From an uncultured virus (IMG/VR IMGVR_UViG_3300005253_000382) (taxonomy: Duplodnaviria > Heunggongvirae > Uroviricota > Caudoviricetes): a stretch of 64,000 nt of DNA. Below, one piece after another: positions 50,010-59,766 of this stretch (its first letter is position 1; each line of letters starts with the position of its first letter). The notes below the pieces were generated by a model, which had not been told where the DNA came from, ran no database searches, and saw nothing but the letters and a program-made list of their open reading frames with translations. Both the position numbers and the translations under genes were made by a program. The stretch covers positions 1-64,000 of IMG/VR virus record IMGVR_UViG_3300005253_000382; one strand, written 5' to 3'.

Positions 50010-50538
50010 TACTCACCTCAATCAATAAACTACTCCTGTCACTATTCAAGGCACACTTATAACTCTCAACAACATCCTCAGCCTTGTCTAGTTTAATGAC
50101 ATCCACGTTCTTTAATATGTCCCTGAAGCCTGAAGTGTAATCAGAGCAATGCTGTATCCCGGGATATAAAGGTTCGGTTGCTCCTACTGCTGTACGTATG
50201 ATTACTTTAGGATTGAACTCTCCATTGCTCATTTCACTTATCTTGTCCAGATGATTGACTAGCTGGTTCATTGCCAGGATTAAGAAATCAAATCTCGGAT
50301 AAATGCTAATCGGGATATACCCCTCTAAAGATAACCCGATACTCATACCTAATTGGGTATCTTCCATAATTCCAACCTCTAATCTCTTGTCCATTGGTAC
50401 ACCTTTTAACGTGTCATACATACCACTCCCCGAATACTCCACTGTCTGCCCTAAGAATATCGTTCTGGGGTCACTCCCTAAAAGGGTCATTGCTTTTGTC
50501 AGTTCTTCATACATCAAAAATTCACCCACTGCCCGCAT
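49999..50538 (-). CDS. TPP-dependent enzyme E1-beta/transketolase pyrimidine-binding domain
   Basis: IFLGQ.V, IMEDTQLGMSIGLSL.G..PI..PRFDFL..AMNQLVN, GIQH. Confidence 0.88.
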   Translation of the reverse strand: MRAVGEFLMYEELTKAMTLLGSDPRTIFLGQTVEYSGSGMYDTLKGVPMDKRLEVGIMEDTQLGMSIGLSLEGYIPISIYPRFDFLILAMNQLVNHLDKISEMSNGEFNPKVIIRTAVGATEPLYPGIQHCSDYTSGFRDILKNVDVIKLDKAEDVVESYKCALNSDRSSLLIEVSNAS

Positions 50539-51065
50539 CCGTGATGAGGAAAGCCCCTTTCATAGCTATATCTCCATACATCCTTTGTTGGAGTATTCAC
50601 ACTAAAACCGTTATCTTCCACCACAAATTTAATCGGTAACTCGTGTCCGTTAGCATACTTAACGCATTCGTGAAAAACCCCTGTCTCAGCCCCCATATCA
50701 CCGATGAATACCCATACCTTATTAGGAGCATTCCGCCTCTTTAGTCCCAATGCCACACCAAGGGCTATCGGTAAACACCCCCCCACAATAGAAGAAGTGA
50801 AAAACTTATGCTCTTTACTATTGATGTGCATTGACCTGTTATCCAGTATCTCAGCCCGTAACCATTCCACACCCATCCCCTTTAATAAGGCGTGGTAATG
50901 ACTCCTATGAGTGGAGAATACCCAATCATCAGGGTGAATATTCCTGAATATGCTAATCAACTGCTCCTCATTCCCCTTACTCAAATGCACCGGCGAATGT
51001 ATCTTCCCACCAATGTAGGCAGTTTTAATCCCTTCCTCAAAGTCTATTAAGGTCTTGGTGTCCAC
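50514..51065 (-). CDS. TPP-dependent enzyme E1-alpha (minimal)
   Basis: HLSKGNE, STHRSH, IVGG, GD...EDN TPP-binding motif. Confidence 0.88.
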   Translation of the reverse strand: MDTKTLIDFEEGIKTAYIGGKIHSPVHLSKGNEEQLISIFRNIHPDDWVFSTHRSHYHALLKGMGVEWLRAEILDNRSMHINSKEHKFFTSSIVGGCLPIALGVALGLKRRNAPNKVWVFIGDMGAETGVFHECVKYANGHELPIKFVVEDNGFSVNTPTKDVWRYSYERGFPHHGCGQWVNF

Positions 51066-52267
51066 TCTAGCATCTCCTGTATCTGGATTACTGCTTGCTT
51101 CCCATACTTCTTCTGTATCATTTTCAGGTAATCTTCCCTTGAGAAGTATTCCTGAAAAGCCCTGTCTCTGAACTCCAACACTTCCTTAGAAGTCAAATAC
51201 TTGGTCGGTAAGGGCTTCAGGTTAGGAGAATACTGGTCGTAATCCTCCCATTTATCAGGTAAATCCTCTTTAGGGGTGTCTTCGTACAATTGAGAGCCTG
51301 GATAAGCCATCGCACAGTAGAAATTAACATACTCACACTTTAATTCCTCAGCGAAGTCTAAAGTCTCCCTCATTGATTTAAGGTCGTCATCAGGCAGGCC
51401 AAATATGAAGTTCCCCAGAACACTTATACCCGCCTCTTTGGTCATCTCAGTGGCTCTCATCATATCTTCCGTACTTTGTTTCTTACCTATACCTTTGAGA
51501 ACATCCTCGTTAGCTGATTCAAAACCATAAGCCAGCCAGTTTATGCCGACTTGCTTCATTCTTTTTAACATCTCAGGTTGTACCAAACCTACCTTAGCAT
51601 ACGCCCACACATTCAGATTCTTCCCTTCCAAAACATCACATATCTGGTAGACGTGACTTGGGCTTATTGTAAACAACTCATCGGCTATCTTCAGGTTCTT
51701 AACTCCTTTAGAAACCAGATAATCTATCTCCTCACCTACATCTTGTGGCTCCCTGTAAGTTACCCCCTTATATAGCGTGTGGATGTTACAATAAGAGCAA
51801 CTAAAAGGACACCCGAATGACGTATAAATAACTCCGTAATTACTCCTGTCACTCCCATTCAGACAGTGCCAATTGTGAGCTTTATATTTAGAGAAGTCTA
51901 TTAAGTCCCAACGAGGGACAAGCTCACACAATTGCTCAGGAGAAGGTATTGGCATACAATAGCCTTTTTGAGTTACAGCTTGATGATGCAGTCCCATTAT
52001 CTTTGGGGTTTTTATAAGCCTATAATAAAGTTCACCCACTATTCCCATCTTAGGCGTAGAAGACGCTGAAGGATTTGCTCCCATTGCTACAAGAACTGAC
52101 TTCTCCTTTCCTATCTGAGCTACTGTTTCCCACGATGACCATCCCTCAACCTCAGCATCGAGTATTTTATCAGCCTTCAAATAACCCGCTAGATAAGCAC
52201 ACCATATCGGAGGCTCTATCGCTGATTGAGGCGAAGGATTCCTATGATTTGGATTAACGATAATCAC
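51047..52267 (-). CDS. B12-binding-type radical SAM protein
   Basis: IEPPIW..YLA N-terminal domain; TSFGCPFSCSYC; GFES; FIFGLP; YPGS. Confidence 0.88.
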   Translation of the reverse strand: MIIVNPNHRNPSPQSAIEPPIWCAYLAGYLKADKILDAEVEGWSSWETVAQIGKEKSVLVAMGANPSASSTPKMGIVGELYYRLIKTPKIMGLHHQAVTQKGYCMPIPSPEQLCELVPRWDLIDFSKYKAHNWHCLNGSDRSNYGVIYTSFGCPFSCSYCNIHTLYKGVTYREPQDVGEEIDYLVSKGVKNLKIADELFTISPSHVYQICDVLEGKNLNVWAYAKVGLVQPEMLKRMKQVGINWLAYGFESANEDVLKGIGKKQSTEDMMRATEMTKEAGISVLGNFIFGLPDDDLKSMRETLDFAEELKCEYVNFYCAMAYPGSQLYEDTPKEDLPDKWEDYDQYSPNLKPLPTKYLTSKEVLEFRDRAFQEYFSREDYLKMIQKKYGKQAVIQIQEMLEWTPRP

Positions 52268-52341
52268 GTAATGCTCCTGCGGGGAAGGCTGCTACTAAAT
52301 GTAACCTATTAGCCTTACCAATGTCAGTTCCGATTGCTTCT

Positions 52342-52677
52342 CTATATGCCATTTGTACCTCCATTTGTAGAACCTGAAAGACGAATAACATCATCCTCCC
52401 TGTGAGGTGTACTTACTTCTAAAATAACCGCATCTGAAATCCCAAAGAACTTATGTGGAGTATTAGGGTTAATGGTATAAGGCTCTTCCAAAAGAAACTC
52501 ATCACCATCGATTGTCAAACTAACCTCACCCTCTAAGCAATAAAAGGTCTCCTGTTTCTCAGGATGATAGTGATAGGAACAATTAGCACCTGCATCCAGG
52601 TAGAGCAATTTACCGCAATATTTATCGTTGTTCACTACCCAGATCTCCTTCCCCCAGTTCTTCTTGACCTCAATCAC
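52342..52677 (-). CDS. Cupin (mannose-6-P isomerase/D-lyxose isomerase-like)
   Basis: KNWGKE, YCGKLL, SYHYH..KQETF, PH.F, EVST. Confidence 0.85.
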   Translation of the reverse strand: MIEVKKNWGKEIWVVNNDKYCGKLLYLDAGANCSYHYHPEKQETFYCLEGEVSLTIDGDEFLLEEPYTINPNTPHKFFGISDAVILEVSTPHREDDVIRLSGSTNGGTNGI

Positions 52678-53470
52678 AATAAATTACCTTTGCCCCGTCA
52701 GTATCAAACTTAAACTCCACCTGTTTTATCTTCAATGCCTGCCCGACATTATCCTGCTTGTCCGGCTCAACCACAAAGACTATAAACCCTCCACCTCCAG
52801 CCCCTAAAAGTTTCCCTCCTATCGCACCGGCTTTGAGAGCTTTATCATAAATGGTATCCGTGAGGGGAGAGGAAACATCATCAGCCAGTTTCTTCTTGAG
52901 TTGCCATGACATATCAAGTGCTGCCCCAAACTCTGAGGGGGTGTTGTAGTCATTCAATGCCACCTCCTTTAACTGATGAAGTATATCCTGATTCTCATCC
53001 ACTCTTTCAAGCTGATGCTCCACTATCTTCCCAGCACTCCTATATTGTCCTGTATCAAACAACATTAAGTAAGGCTCAAGCCATCTGTAATCTACTTCCT
53101 CATCTACTATCCCGGAAGCATAAAACCTTAATCTGCGAAACCCACCCATAGCACAAATATACTGATCTTGATAACCAACATGACCATCCAGTTTATCCCT
53201 CTCCCATATCGTAGCGAGACCTGCTATCTCCTCATTACTCTTATCCGTGCAAGCCTTCAGTAACCCTACCGTAAAAGCCGAACTCGTTGCCATACCACTT
53301 CTCACAGGTAAATCAGAATGCGACCACATCTTCCCGCTATCTACTCCTACATAACAATACTTATTTATCGAGGTGGCTAGAACTACTCCCCCGTGTTCGT
53401 TAAAATATTCAGGGTAATCCGTCCCTCCTCCAAAAAAGGATATTCTAAATGGTGTCCTGCTTATAATCAT
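52670..53470 (-). CDS. GHMP sugar kinase, HddA (heptose-7-P kinase)-like
   Basis: SRTPFRISFFGGGTD, P..SGM..SS, G.QDQY, GGKLLGAGGGG. Confidence 0.88.
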   Translation of the reverse strand: MIISRTPFRISFFGGGTDYPEYFNEHGGVVLATSINKYCYVGVDSGKMWSHSDLPVRSGMATSSAFTVGLLKACTDKSNEEIAGLATIWERDKLDGHVGYQDQYICAMGGFRRLRFYASGIVDEEVDYRWLEPYLMLFDTGQYRSAGKIVEHQLERVDENQDILHQLKEVALNDYNTPSEFGAALDMSWQLKKKLADDVSSPLTDTIYDKALKAGAIGGKLLGAGGGGFIVFVVEPDKQDNVGQALKIKQVEFKFDTDGAKVIYCD

Positions 53471-54516
53471 GGGAAGCTAACGCACATACTATCGCTCTCA
53501 ATTGCAGTGACCTGTTTATTGTATTCACTCCACGTACACCTGGCACACTCTACAGCAGGGTCAATATCTTTAAGCAATGCCCTGTGTTCATTGGAACCCC
53601 ACTCTTTAATCTCAAACCTTTCCTCCATCCTGTGGTCAACACAAACGTACATCTTCTTATCACTGCATATCTGCACTACTAAAGGTGAAGCCAGGCATTT
53701 ATTGAAGTCATGCTTAACGTGAAACTCATTATCATATTTATGCGTTACCGTGTGTACATGGAAATCCTCCCCTTCCAACTCATGCAATTGACTAAACACA
53801 TAATGCACCTTCTCCATATCCAGTTCAGCCCTTTCCCCGGTAAAGTCTTTTCTCTCTAAATCTACAGGTCGAACATGAAAGTCCTGAACACCTAATTCTT
53901 TAGCAACCTTACCGGTATAAAGTAACGTGTCTATAGTCTCAGGCAGAACCAATGCCTTAATGCAAATATCAGTTCTCTGTCTATGGAGTGCCAACCACTT
54001 TATATTATCTAACACCTTCAAGCAGTCATCACTACCCCTTACCTTCCTGTAGACCTCAGGGTCCGCACTGTCCAATGAAATCCCGACCCACCTGCAAAGC
54101 TGTAACTCATTACGTACATCCGAATCCATGAGTACCCCATTGGTAATTATCGAACACTCCATTCCGAGATTAACACCATAAGCAGTCATCCCTTTTATGT
54201 TCTCATTCAAGAGAGCTTCACCACCACCACCCCAGCAGAAGGCTTTAACCCCCCATTCAGAAAGATAATTAAGAGTGTCTTTAATGTATTCTCCATCCCA
54301 CTTAAACTTAGCCGGTAAATATCGCTGAGAATTACAGTAATAACAATTCTGATTACAAGCGCTTATAGGGTCAAGGGAAGCCTCAATCGGTGCAGGAAGT
54401 TCCCCACCATCAAGCCATGCCACTATCTTTTTGTAATGCTCGTAGTACGTTAATCCTTTGTACGAGTTAAAACTTGAGTATTTATTAGCGTCAGACCACT
54501 CTTTTATCTTTTCCAT
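53467..54516 (-). CDS. Radical SAM protein with SPASM/twitch-like C-terminus
   Basis: CNQNCYYC, GGGE, ITNG, C-terminal Cys cluster. Confidence 0.88.
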   Translation of the reverse strand: MEKIKEWSDANKYSSFNSYKGLTYYEHYKKIVAWLDGGELPAPIEASLDPISACNQNCYYCNSQRYLPAKFKWDGEYIKDTLNYLSEWGVKAFCWGGGGEALLNENIKGMTAYGVNLGMECSIITNGVLMDSDVRNELQLCRWVGISLDSADPEVYRKVRGSDDCLKVLDNIKWLALHRQRTDICIKALVLPETIDTLLYTGKVAKELGVQDFHVRPVDLERKDFTGERAELDMEKVHYVFSQLHELEGEDFHVHTVTHKYDNEFHVKHDFNKCLASPLVVQICSDKKMYVCVDHRMEERFEIKEWGSNEHRALLKDIDPAVECARCTWSEYNKQVTAIESDSMCVSFP

Positions 54517-54710
54517 TATTTTGTATACCTCTCAATGACTTCACAAGGTTTACCCTGATAGCATCTGTGGATATTACATGATGGTCTTATTCCATTAACA
54601 ATCTTAGTCTTAGAAACCTCTGCCTTCCTTTTGCCAAAGACTGACCTCGCCTCTGGTTCTGTATCAAAATCTTCGTTAGGTTTGCCATCCATCATTACTC
54701 TGTATTTCAT
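54516..54710 (-). CDS. Hypothetical protein
   Basis: Small ORF, translationally coupled. Confidence 0.55.
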   Translation of the reverse strand: MKYRVMMDGKPNEDFDTEPEARSVFGKRKAEVSKTKIVNGIRPSCNIHRCYQGKPCEVIERYTK

Positions 54711-55495
54711 CTATACCCCCCCTTGGTAGCTAGGAAAATACCTCGGATTGTATTAGAAGGTAGAGGCTTATCGTAAATTATAACCTCTCCTATCTTTCCT
54801 CCGAACATGAGGACTGAGGTAGCTCTTCTTAAAGTTCCAACAGCAAAACTATCCCGCAAATCAGTATCAGCAAACCAATCTCCGTTGTTAGCACCTCCGA
54901 TAACAGTTAACGTTCCTTCATCTAAACCATCTATCAAGATTGAGTAGGCTGTGCCATTAGATACCAACGCCCCAAGATGCCAAGTATCGTCCCTAACATC
55001 TGTTACACCACGAAGTTCGTCATTGGTATCCGCATTTCGTTGCTGCACAACAAGTAATCCACTACTATTTATCTCTAAGAAAAGGTAATTAGCATTAGGC
55101 CCAGCCTCATCTGACGAACTAAAAAGACAACCAGATGTGCCCGATATGCAATTAAACCATACCAAGATTGTACCCGCAGAGTCACCGCTTCTAAAGTTAG
55201 CTACAGTGGTAAAGACCTCATCGTCAACGTCATCAAAACTTAACACCCGTTTCCCACTGTCTGAGATAGCCCAAGTAGCCCCGTCAATGGTACCGTGATT
55301 TTCAAATTTAGTTTTATCAAACCAAAAAAAGGGGTTTGGTTCGTGTAGGGGAGATACAAGATGTAGCACCTCGGCTTTAGCTAAATTGGTACTAGGGGAG
55401 TATAGGTCGTCAATAGCATAACTAGCCACGCCCTTACTAAAGTCACGGCTCACGCTGCCTATCTGGTTAGGTCTTATGATATGTGATTGTACCAT
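54707..55495 (-). CDS. LamG/ConA-like lectin domain virion protein B
   Basis: NHGTIDGATW, SFDDVDD, TILVWF, DTWH, FGGKIGEVIIYDKPL. Confidence 0.8.
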   Translation of the reverse strand: MVQSHIIRPNQIGSVSRDFSKGVASYAIDDLYSPSTNLAKAEVLHLVSPLHEPNPFFWFDKTKFENHGTIDGATWAISDSGKRVLSFDDVDDEVFTTVANFRSGDSAGTILVWFNCISGTSGCLFSSSDEAGPNANYLFLEINSSGLLVVQQRNADTNDELRGVTDVRDDTWHLGALVSNGTAYSILIDGLDEGTLTVIGGANNGDWFADTDLRDSFAVGTLRRATSVLMFGGKIGEVIIYDKPLPSNTIRGIFLATKGGYR

Positions 55496-55504
55496 TCCTT
55501 CTCC

Positions 55505-56137
55505 TTACAACGATGTTATGAGGGCTGCCCTTGCGACTATAGGCTGTGTTCCAGAGCTATTGTTGTTATTGACAATCACTCTCACCCTCGTTACCGCTTC
55601 CAGGTCAGCAGAAACTACGAAATGTTCACCACCACCAAATATACCGGTATCCGAAGCATGGTCGAATCTGGTAGCATCCTGAACACTGAACGAGGCTGTG
55701 CCTGCTATGGCAGTCGCCCTAACCCACTCAATTGTCCCACTTGTAAAGCAGATAATATCACCCAAGACCATAGCAGTTCCACTGGTGATTTTGACCACTG
55801 ATGTACCGATAGCAACATCAGATGAAGCGGCTGCTGAAGCTGCCACCGCCGACCCCGCTACCAAGGAAGCAATAGGTCTCCACGTGTCATTGTCCGCAGA
55901 CTCTGCCGATACCTCTATCCNNNNNNNNNNNNNNNNNNNNNNNNNNNNNNNNNNAGCGTCAGATGTGTATAAGAGACAGGTCTCAATAGTCTCCGTGTTA
56001 CTAACAGCTACCGTCCCCGCAGCAACTGTGCTGGCAACCGCAATAACCTTCATGGCATCAACGGTCTCATCAAACATATCATCGCCGTCACCGGTATATG
56101 GCGTTCTCCCTGGATACTTCCTAAAATTATTAACCAT
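55505..56137 (-). CDS. Putative virion protein interrupted by assembly gap and adapter
   Basis: Ala/Thr-rich; CLLYTSDA segment is translated adapter. Confidence 0.5.
   Translation of the reverse strand: MVNNFRKYPGRTPYTGDGDDMFDETVDAMKVIAVASTVAAGTVAVSNTETIETCLLYTSDAXXXXXXXXXXXXIEVSAESADNDTWRPIASLVAGSAVAASAAASSDVAIGTSVVKITSGTAMVLGDIICFTSGTIEWVRATAIAGTASFSVQDATRFDHASDTGIFGGGEHFVVSADLEAVTRVRVIVNNNNSSGTQPIVARAALITSL
55921..55979 (+). other. Scaffold gap plus Nextera/Tn5 adapter contamination
   Basis: 34 Ns followed by AGCGTCAGATGTGTATAAGAGACAG. Confidence 0.97.
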
Positions 56138-57034
56138 TACTTACCTCCTGAAGGATAAAACGCTTGTCTCCATTTCTTGTGTCCTACGCTCATAAGTTTC
56201 CCTCCCTGTGCTCTGATTCCCATTAGTCGTCTGAGTTCCTTCCGAGCCTCTTCGACTTTCCTTCTCTTTTCGTAATCCTCTTCGGCTGCATCGCAAACAG
56301 ACTGAACATAAGCCTCATCCGTAATGCCCTGTTTAGAAAGTTCCAGCCGGACAATATCGTCTAGCTCACTCCTCTCCATCTTATAAAAAGGCACCACCAG
56401 AGAAGGGCTGTCTTTAGTCTGCCCTAATGGAATGTATAATCCTAATCTCTCGGAGTCACGCTGAAAGGATAGATTAGCCATTATTTACCTCCGGCAGTGT
56501 ACCAGGACTTTGATATGCTTTCCTGGTCTGCCTCTTTTTATCCACATTGACAGTATCAGCGATTATTTGTTCGGCAGTTCGTTCTGCCTTCACACGTTTT
56601 GCCTCTCTAGCCTTAACTAAATTCTCGACCCTTTGCTTTCTTAACAAGTCAAGTGGCGTCTCTTGCGTTACTACGGCAGCCACGCTTCCAGACTCCTCAT
56701 TGTAAGCCTTACGGCCTGCCTCAAGGAACCCCGTAGTCTGTCCATAGATACGGTTTTCTGAGACCTTTACATCCTTATTTAATCTCCGTATTTCAGAACT
56801 CGGCATATCCTTTATCTGTGAGTTAAAATATTTTCCCATTTACGATTTCCCCCTTAATACATTCCTTATTCGACACAAGTCCTCGATTGCCCCAATCACC
56901 TCATTTTCCTCTTCCCACTTCTCAACTACCTTTTGTTCAAAACAAGAATGACAGGCCAGAGTAACGGTAGATGGGTTGGTTAAATCATAGGGTACAAATC
57001 CCGATACTGCATACCAATCGTGACAACAAGTCAT
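56137..57034 (-). other. Three hypothetical genes (56137-56481, 56474-56839, 56840-57034)
   Basis: Coupled ORFs in late operon B. Confidence 0.6.
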
Positions 57035-57143
57035 TCCTCCTCCTTATCAGGTATCTCCCCTACTCCATGACAGGTTTTACAAAGAATTCCTGAATGGTCT
57101 GGAACAAGCCATTTCCAACCTTGCCCATCGCAATCGGGACACT

Positions 57144-57623
57144 TCATTTCTTAGCCTCCAACAGCTTCATTAGTTCCTTGTTCTGTTCGATTAGTGAGTG
57201 TACATCACCTTTGAGTTCCAGGAATTCAGTTCGTAGTTCTTCTGTTTCCTTGGCTGCCTCCATTGCTTCACCCTGCTGCCTTTCCTTCGCCCACTTCTCC
57301 CACTCCGCAGCCTTAGTTTTCTTTCCAAGGATACAGGCATCTACCTCTTCCTGTGTATCGTGCCAGTTATCGCACCCATCACAGTGAGGTTTTAATTCAG
57401 TAGGCATAACAGGCAACCACCCCTTATCATAGTTGGCATCCCTCGTCCCCGATTCTATAACCTTGCCATCCTGTTTAACCACATAATCCCTGATAGCGGG
57501 GATTGCTCTCATTTTCCGTCCATCTGGTGTGAAATAGGTCTGCCTCCCTATCCCACCAATATCACCACTAATACCATATCCAGACCTTTCAATCCCTTCT
57601 TTAGCCTGCTCAGAAATAGTCAT
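57144..57623 (-). CDS. Hypothetical protein with CxxC..H motif
   Basis: HCDGCDNWH plus C-terminal coiled coil; counterpart of 8190. Confidence 0.6.
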   Translation of the reverse strand: MTISEQAKEGIERSGYGISGDIGGIGRQTYFTPDGRKMRAIPAIRDYVVKQDGKVIESGTRDANYDKGWLPVMPTELKPHCDGCDNWHDTQEEVDACILGKKTKAAEWEKWAKERQQGEAMEAAKETEELRTEFLELKGDVHSLIEQNKELMKLLEAKK

Positions 57624-59203
57624 GCTGCCTCCAATTTGATTTTGATTCTCTTATTACATTGATGGCAACTCGTACCTAATTGATGTAACCCTGCTTCTTT
57701 ATTAGCTACTTGCCGATACATTAAATCCTCTCCGCAATGGGGACATACAGCAAATATCTGATAAGCACGGAATCCATTATTCAACATAGGGCTTTCAGAC
57801 TGTGGTTCCTCAATAACATTTACAGCAGTAGTCGATTCAGCCATCATCCAGGTCTGCTCCAATCTCATAATAAACTGCATCCACTGCCCGAATAAGGGGT
57901 TAGGCATTGCAGTCATATTGTAATTAACCTCATCAATCATCTCGTAATATTGCTCTTTATCAGGAATAATTCCCTTCTCGATAGAGTATTCAAATATCTT
58001 ACACCCCGGATAAGGGATAACCATAGCCAGAAACACCAATGACTGCTGACAATACTTTGCCCAGAAGTCCAACGTTTCCTGTATGGTTTCTTCAGTCTCA
58101 GCAGGGTCTCCAAATAAAAGATTCCCTCCAAAACCTATTCCGACTTCCTTAGCTAAACTTATGGCCTCGATGAATTGACCAACATTAGCCTTCTTATTCA
58201 TACTCTTTAAGACTATAGGAGATGCACTCTCTATCCCATAAGAGAAGAAATAACAACCGGCTTTCTTAGCCAACTCCAATGATTCCCTGTCTAGCTTGGC
58301 ATTAGCATGAGTCTGAAACATCCAGTCAAAGTCCCAGCCGTATTTCTCTTTATTCTTAATCAAAGCATTGCAAAAGTCCTTCATACGCTTCTTGTTAGTA
58401 GCAAACAACTCATCACCGATAATCAAAATATTAAAGTTATACTTCTTGTAAAGCTGTTTAATCTCAGCCATGATGTTTTTAATCGACCTGGCTCTATACT
58501 TCGGACCACCTGAATGAACACAGAAGGAGCAATTAAAAGGACACGACCTTGCTGTGTTAATCGTCATCGGTCTGGGGTAAGGACGGGAATATTTATATAA
58601 GACTCTGGTAGACATTGAATAATCATCCAGCATCCCCTGAATCCCGAAAGGTTCATAATCAGGGAATGCCCGGTCATCCAAGTTCCCATAATCATAGTTA
58701 GTCTCATTAAACACTGCCCCATCATCTGTCCAGTAAGCCAGATTATCAATACCTCTAGGGTGTCCTTCTGTTTTAAGTATATCAACCAGTTTAACTATCG
58801 CCTCTTCACCCTCACCCCAAATACCGAAGTCAGGTTTCAGGAGATTAAAAATAAACTCTTTGTCGTTATTTACAATCCCGCCACCTAAGACTATCGAGAC
58901 AGAAGAACACTTCCTGATAACATCGATTGCGTCTTTCAAGAATGAATAATCCGTGCAAAGCCCACCCAAACCTACCAGGTCAGGCTGTTCTCTCTCAAGC
59001 GTTTGCTGTAACTCATTAGCTATCCTGAGAAACGGAGACGGGTACTTGGTAGCATTGTTCAAGTTTAACCCGATAACTTCATGTCCGGCGTTCTTTAAGG
59101 CTGAAGCAATGTACGCTAACCCGGTCGGGAAGTCGCTCATTGACAAGTAAGTAAAGTTTTTCTTCTTATATTGAAAAGTAGGAACGCATAGGAGTACTTT
59201 CAA
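57620..59203 (-). CDS. B12-dependent radical SAM methyltransferase-like protein with C-terminal Zn ribbon
   Basis: PTGLAYIAS.LK..GHEV, GEGE, RSCPFNCSFC, GIES, PYPG, CPHC..CHQC. Confidence 0.9.
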   Translation of the reverse strand: MKVLLCVPTFQYKKKNFTYLSMSDFPTGLAYIASALKNAGHEVIGLNLNNATKYPSPFLRIANELQQTLEREQPDLVGLGGLCTDYSFLKDAIDVIRKCSSVSIVLGGGIVNNDKEFIFNLLKPDFGIWGEGEEAIVKLVDILKTEGHPRGIDNLAYWTDDGAVFNETNYDYGNLDDRAFPDYEPFGIQGMLDDYSMSTRVLYKYSRPYPRPMTINTARSCPFNCSFCVHSGGPKYRARSIKNIMAEIKQLYKKYNFNILIIGDELFATNKKRMKDFCNALIKNKEKYGWDFDWMFQTHANAKLDRESLELAKKAGCYFFSYGIESASPIVLKSMNKKANVGQFIEAISLAKEVGIGFGGNLLFGDPAETEETIQETLDFWAKYCQQSLVFLAMVIPYPGCKIFEYSIEKGIIPDKEQYYEMIDEVNYNMTAMPNPLFGQWMQFIMRLEQTWMMAESTTAVNVIEEPQSESPMLNNGFRAYQIFAVCPHCGEDLMYRQVANKEAGLHQLGTSCHQCNKRIKIKLEAA

Positions 59204-59766
59204 CTTACTAATTCCTTTGTTTTAATTTGCCATTGCAACAATCTAATTTCGTTCTTTAACTCTCGCAATTGATTCGATTGACCATCAAGGTATCCTTGTT
59301 GATAGCCATCTCGATAGCCTTTACTATGACTCAGGGAATGACTCCCATTTGTAGAGAGTTGCAGGTTTTCGATACGGTTGTCATCTTTAATGCCGTTCTT
59401 GTGGTGGACTATTTCCCACCTATGAAGACATCTACCAAGATGCTTTGCCATTACAAGGCGATGTTCAAGGACATAAACTCGCTTACCCGACATTGGATAA
59501 AAGAAATCATCCGATGCAACATAAATACGTATATAGCCTTGAGTATTTAACACACGGCCACCTTTCCAAAGATGGCAATCTTTCCCACGATTATGTAGAC
59601 GAATCTTAGCACTACAACTACCACATCGAGGTGTTAAAGGTTTGCCTTTGCATAAAGTAACCCATCGTTCTCTCTGGCAATTAGGGCAAGCAGTCCAAAT
59701 ACGTGCAGTATTGTGCTTATATCCCAACTCTCGTCCATACTTGATAGAACCTAAAAGTATCTTCAT
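59200..59766 (-). CDS. HNH homing endonuclease (close relative of 20561-21136)
   Basis: EHRLVMAKHLGRCLHRWEIVHHKNGIKDDNRIENL. Confidence 0.9.
   Translation of the reverse strand: MKILLGSIKYGRELGYKHNTARIWTACPNCQRERWVTLCKGKPLTPRCGSCSAKIRLHNRGKDCHLWKGGRVLNTQGYIRIYVASDDFFYPMSGKRVYVLEHRLVMAKHLGRCLHRWEIVHHKNGIKDDNRIENLQLSTNGSHSLSHSKGYRDGYQQGYLDGQSNQLRELKNEIRLLQWQIKTKELVS

Noticed and set aside
49999..51065. Pyruvate dehydrogenase as an energy-metabolism AMG
   Set aside because: Subunits are truncated, E2/E3 are missing and the neighbours are sugar-modifying enzymes.
55955..55979. Genuine IS50/Tn5 transposon end
   Set aside because: It is the synthetic mosaic end with Nextera flank next to Ns; no transposase present.
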